From: Cladosporium halotolerans
Taxonomy: Eukaryota
Length of the DNA stretch: 36,828 nucleotides
Assembly: GCF_011745625.1 (NCBI RefSeq)
Contig: NW_027191523.1
Span: 1-36,828, forward strand
Direction of reading: 5' to 3'
Part shown: piece after piece, positions 33,634-36,828 of the stretch
Position numbering within the stretch: the stretch's first letter is position 1
How the letters are laid out: each line of letters starts with the position of its first letter
Translations under genes and position numbers: made by a program
Notes under the pieces: generated by a model
What the model saw: only the letters and a program-made list of their open reading frames with translations
Databases searched by the model: none
What the model was told of the DNA's origin: nothing

Positions 33634-34775
33634 CTAATTATTCCTCCCTGCTTGCCCCTTAATTTTGAACTCGACTTCCGACCCGATTTTTGTCGGGGCC
33701 GGATCCTCGGGCCGGAAATCTCTCCTGGTCTTCTTTTTGAAGGCCTTTTCGTTCTGCTGGGCGTCATATTGCGCCATTGCCTCCTTCGTAAGCTTAGCAA
33801 GCTTGCCCTCTTCCTCCAGCTGCTTGAAGTTGGCGTGCTGGCGCAAGCTATTGACCCATTTGTGAGCCCCCGTGCAGCCTCGATCGGAATCACAGCGCCC
33901 TGTGAAGAAGTACTTCGTACAAGCCCTCACCTTCGCCGGCCTGTTCGACTGTACTCCTCCAGCTCTGGGACCTGATTGAGGCGCCGGAGTCTCAACTTTC
34001 CGCCTGCCAGCACTTGAGATGTTCTCTGCTGGGCTTGCCGCTTTCGCTACACTGCCTGCACCATCTTTCATGCTCCAAGGAAGTTCATTGCTGAAACGAC
34101 CTGGCAATGCGGATTTCTCCGCCGGAGGAACGAACAAGGCAGCCCTCGGATTCATTCCCGTTTCCGGGACCTCGTCCATAACGTCTGCCCATTTCTCCTT
34201 CTCGGCTAGAGGCTTTGGCGGCGCACTTTCGTCCACCTGCATCGCCTCGCCGACAGCCTCCGCGGGAGACTGACGATCATCTTCATGGAGCGACCCAACG
34301 CTCCAGTCGATGTCGTCTTCTTCCGCAGACTGCGTTGTCTTTGAGGCGTCGCTAGGACGCTGCGCGCCGCCTGCTGTCAGACCCGCCAGGACTGCCACAC
34401 GAGTAGCTTCCTTCGGGTCCGTTTGTCCCCCTCTTTTCGGAACTTGCTTTATCTCAGCCGGGGGCCGAGAACCTGGCAAGTTCTTCTTGACGGGGCGGCG
34501 CGGCTCGTCGAGATGAGCATAAGAAATGCCCAACTTCCGAAGCTCCGCCTCTTCCGAGGCTACTTCGATTTTGAGCTTTTCCAGCTCTTTCGCCAGCCGC
34601 GCGCACTCTCTCATCTTCCCGAGCACCGCGCTCGAGAGGGTGCCTTTGTATGTTAGCCGGGTCTCTCGCCGTCGTTTGTGCAATGCTACTCACTCCCAGA
34701 AACACCCGTGTTGTGCCGCTTCGCGGCAAACGCTCCAGAATTGCCCGAAGGCGCAGATCTCTTCTTGTTGATCAT
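33634..34775 (-). CDS. Uncharacterised CCCH zinc-finger protein (363 aa; exons 34775-34694, 34643-33634; 5'UTR intron 34832-34777)
   Basis: Two well-formed introns (GTACGT..GCTAAC..CAG; GTGAGT..GCTAAC..AAG) give MINKKRSAPSG...GVSGS|TLSSAVLGKM. C-x8-C-x5-C-x3-H is present (CTKYFFTGRCDSDRGCTGAH), with an N-terminal coiled coil. Confidence 0.75.
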
Positions 34776-35053
34776 ACTGTGATGAGTTAGCCAATGGTCA
34801 GATTGCTGGTGGTGAAGGTATGATCAACGTACATCGAAAAATCGGAAATGCCTTGAAGAGGGAAGAAAGCATGCGAATGGAACTGTTCGTCAACAAAAGC
34901 CGCGGCGTGCCACGGGACCGGCCGGCCGCAGCGCAGGAAGGCGCGCGCTGCGTCGTCCCTCCGCTTCTTGAAGTCTGCGTGAAGTCGTGAAGTCTACTCG
35001 ACCACGCTCTCCCCAACTTTGTCCCATACTCGATCGCAGCGACCATCGACACC

Positions 35054-35926
35054 ATGGACACCATCCGGGAAATCGCCAACGATCTCGCCAGCGACGAGGA
35101 CACTCCGGAGGATCTGGATCGCTGGTATTCCGACAAAGTGGCGCTTGGGCAGAAGTTGCACGCCTCGCGTTCGGTGGCAGATACGCTGACAGCGATTGAC
35201 CAGGGCCTCAACCCCCCCGAACCAACGAGCGCGCGCAGCAAACGCCAGCGCGACGACAGAGCGGATCCGAATCCATCGCCTACGAAAGCACCAGCTGCAG
35301 TTCGAGCGAGAGGAGGAAAGATGACGCTCCCGCGGCGGCCTTCAGGTGGTCTGGCTCGATCTCCGCAGAGAGGAGCAGGGACCACGGAAGCCGCCGCGCC
35401 ACGTCCGCGCCGTGGTCAGAGAAACACAGGCAGTGTTCCTCAGGACGCAGACACGGATATTCCCATCGCCGCCGAAGAGCCTGACTTCGATATCCACGTC
35501 AGGCTTCTGCTTCCGCAGACGCAGACGTGGGATCAGCCAGTCTTGGCCGAGGTGGCAGATGTAGAGGGTCTGAGTGGCGAGGCAAGAGAAAACCTGCAAG
35601 CATGGTTTGACCATTACTTCGAGACTCACCCCAAGTTCTGCTTTCCGTTCTGGCTCGAGGCTGCGCAGATCGATGAGAGATGCATGGGCTGCAAGACAAT
35701 CACCAAGCGCGATAGTCCCTGGGACGAGCTCAAGATTCGCGCTTGTCAGTCCTGCATCCGCGCGGCACGACCCTGTCTACGGATGGCTCTCATCTTGCGT
35801 GGAAGTCTGTACCACCGCGAGTTGCGCGTTCTTCCATGCAACGATGAAGACCCGTTTGGCTACTGGCGAGCTCCCCCTCCGAAGCCAGTTGAGGAAGGGC
35901 AGTCGGAGGAGGGACTGGCAGAGTAG
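35054..35926 (+). CDS. Hypothetical 290-aa protein with a Cys-rich C-terminal domain
   Basis: ATG-initiated ORF (ACCATGG context) with a helical N-terminus, a basic low-complexity middle and CMGC...ACQSCIRAARPC...LP...YW. Confidence 0.65.
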   Translation: MDTIREIANDLASDEDTPEDLDRWYSDKVALGQKLHASRSVADTLTAIDQGLNPPEPTSARSKRQRDDRADPNPSPTKAPAAVRARGGKMTLPRRPSGGLARSPQRGAGTTEAAAPRPRRGQRNTGSVPQDADTDIPIAAEEPDFDIHVRLLLPQTQTWDQPVLAEVADVEGLSGEARENLQAWFDHYFETHPKFCFPFWLEAAQIDERCMGCKTITKRDSPWDELKIRACQSCIRAARPCLRMALILRGSLYHRELRVLPCNDEDPFGYWRAPPPKPVEEGQSEEGLAE

Positions 35927-36734
35927 CCAGCGATTAGATAGTGAATGAAAGTAGCTTTTGCACACATTGATCCTGGTTCATATCGCAATAGTCACTATGT
36001 ACCGTTCTGCCATGGAAATCCGTACTTGACTACCAAAGACCTGAAGTCGGATCCAAACCTGAGGTTGCAGCAGATGCGGGGCGGCCCGTTTCGTTCAGGC
36101 GGGGTCAGCGAGGAGCTTCGCAGAACATCAGATTTTATCGCTATCTTCACACTTCACTCATTGGCTCACCTCGATCTTATTGACCTCCATTAGCATCAAG
36201 AAATGAGTTCGCAACAGTCCGTCATTTCTACCCACTCGAGTGGGTCATCTGAGGATCAGAGCGCCAGCCAGGGCGTATCGCAGCTCCAAGGCGATGCGCT
36301 CAAGGTGAACGCGATTGTCGGTGGCGGAATGGGCGAGGGGGACATCGTATGGTTTGTTGTTGACTAGGAGTCTAATGATAATACAGCAATCTCCCCCAGC
36401 GAAGAGCCATTTTACGCCATTGACGATCAGGAGCTTCTTTTCGACAGATACAAGTTGTGGCCAGACTTCCCCCACAGTGATCTCGAAAGGGAGCAAGTGG
36501 ATGAAGCGGCCGGCAACCCATACTGGCCATTTCTGGAGGGATCGTATGTCGATCTACTGGAAAATGTCGCTCAGGAAGCTATCGGACACGGCGCACTTCG
36601 GGATGTATATAGGGAGCCTGAAGCTTTCGTGCGAGCGGGGTTTCAGGTTCTGATATCAATTCCGATGGCCGTGCTCCAGGGCATCTGTGGCGCATCGCTG
36701 AGAGCTCGCAAAGGTCGTGACGAAGACATGTACG

Positions 36735-36825
36735 CCTCGCCAAAAGGCAACGGAGGAGAACACTGATCTCCTACTAACCCTCGCCAAAAGGCAACGGAGG
36801 AGAACACTGATCTCCTACTAACCCT
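36735..36825. repeat. Perfect 44-bp tandem duplication ending in telomere-like CTAACCC(TAA)
   Basis: TCGCCAAAAGGCAACGGAGGAGAACACTGATCTCCTACTAACCC at 36737-36780 and 36781-36824, followed by TAAG at the window end. Confidence 0.9.
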
Positions 36826-36828
36826 AAG

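Noticed and set aside
36737..36824. CRISPR-like array or a true chromosome end
   Set aside because: Eukaryotic context with no spacers. There is only about one telomere unit per repeat, in the wrong orientation for a right-hand telomere.

Overview
Eukaryotic genomic DNA from a filamentous ascomycete. It has short GT-AG introns with CTRAC branch sites and is Dothideomycete-like by gene content (inference). The window has three zones. (1) 1-6.7 kb: a decaying accessory block of four consecutive genes, each apparently damaged: an MFS sugar transporter whose 5' part is replaced by a repeat-rich, transposon-terminus-like sequence; a secreted amidase with a frameshift; an SRPBCC/START-fold gene with a frameshift; and an NmrA-like gene with stops. 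(2) 7-27.6 kb: a conserved core with a GPI-anchored GH13 alpha-amylase, PFA3, SmD3, IRC6/p34, a GPI fasciclin protein, YPT7/Rab7, a DMT (SLC35F/Thi74-like) transporter, a TM-RING-H2 ligase and TVP38. A hidden C2H2 zinc-finger pseudogene also lies here. (3) 28-36.8 kb: a mixed accessory zone with an SGNH-hydrolase/ricin-lectin pseudogene, a Zn2Cys6 gene interrupted by an in-frame TAG, PFA5 (DHFC motif, odd splice acceptor), a head-to-head pair of unassigned genes (CCCH finger with a PAM2-like motif; Cys-rich protein), and a terminal 44-bp tandem repeat carrying a telomere-like CTAACCC. No rRNA, tRNA or CRISPR was recognised. Family calls come from motif recognition by eye, not from database searches.
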